A stretch of DNA of 64,000 nucleotides from contig CM059432.1 of assembly GCA_030390025.1 (NCBI GenBank), positions 25,298,001 to 25,362,000 of the forward strand. The letters are read 5' to 3'. Of the stretch, positions 63,255 to 64,000 are shown in pieces. The stretch's first letter is position 1, and each line of letters begins with the position of its first letter. The notes below the pieces were generated by a model. The model did not search any database and was not told where the DNA came from. It saw nothing but the letters and a program-made list of their open reading frames with translations. The DNA is from Squalus acanthias. Its lineage: Eukaryota. Made by a program: the position numbers and the translations under genes.

Positions 63255-63590
63255 ATCCTACATCTTAGGGCACTTGGATTGCATGGTTATCCGGAGTCAG
63301 GAATCGCAGCCCCAATGACAGATCTAGCCATCCAGGTTCCATCAATAATCCAGGCTGACTGATGAGTCAACAATTCCTTGGAGTAGTAAGGACCTGCCTG
63401 GCTCAGTTATAAAATTTCCAAGCCTGCCGCAGTGGATTAACATGTTTCCATTGCCAGGCGTGTCACATTGGAGCCAAGCCAACCCCAAAGAGGCCCTTTC
63501 CGTGGGATGACTCACTGCTGGACCTGTCATTGAGGCAGCGATTCCTGACTCCCGATAACCATGCAATCCAAGTGCCCTAAGAAGTGGGAT
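63255..63590. mobile_element. Fold-back element with ~74-bp inverted arms, superfamily unassigned
   Basis: 63255-63328 is the reverse complement of 63517-63590 with a few mismatches. Confidence 0.7.
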
Positions 63591-64000
63591 GACCCACTGC
63601 CTTGAAGAGAAAATGGAGGAGGGGGAAACAAAACGAAAAAGAAACTAATAACAATGTAATCTAAATAAAATGCAAATTCACTTAAGAAAACATTGATCGA
63701 AAAACACATTTGCTTTAAGAGCAATCTCTATACAGATGTTGTCCAATTTATTTCCATTATACTGTATTTCTGACCTGTATATCTTGCGTGTGTGGGGTGT
63801 GAGGGGAATTATACAATTGCAGTGATGCATTGTGGTTAACATAAAGTGACCTTACACCCTTCAGTTCTGCAGCATGTGTCATTAATCATCCGTTGGTGAA
63901 CCCCACCTAGTCACAAATGAAAAACATCAGAATTTCTTAATAGACTATTCTTAAAAGGTGATGAGATGTGTCATCTTCCCTTTATAGCACAGATATGCTT

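Noticed and set aside
63359..63400. CTGATGA as another hammerhead core
   Set aside because: No stem II followed by GAAA

Overview
Repeat-dense, non-coding eukaryotic DNA, most likely from a shark or other elasmobranch (HE1-type V-SINE, DeuSINE-type SINEs, CR1 LINEs with (CATAGAAA)n-type tails). I can support no host protein-coding exon. All long ORFs come from transposable elements: CR1/L2/jockey-group reverse transcriptases, a decayed PIF/Harbinger nuclease plus Myb/SANT pair, and Penelope GIY-YIG C-termini. The window holds more than a dozen Harbinger-type MITEs and deletion derivatives, several with 3-bp TSDs, a candidate ~1.7-kb solo LTR split by nested insertions, and short unique islands that look like conserved non-coding elements. 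The most notable signal is a set of minimal hammerhead-ribozyme motifs with compensatory stem-I changes in two Penelope-type families. One family occurs as ORF-less, near-perfect fold-back insertions (168-bp and 90-bp arms, a ~40-nt tail, 12-14-bp TSDs). All calls are by eye; no database search or folding was run, and family names and many boundaries are approximate.
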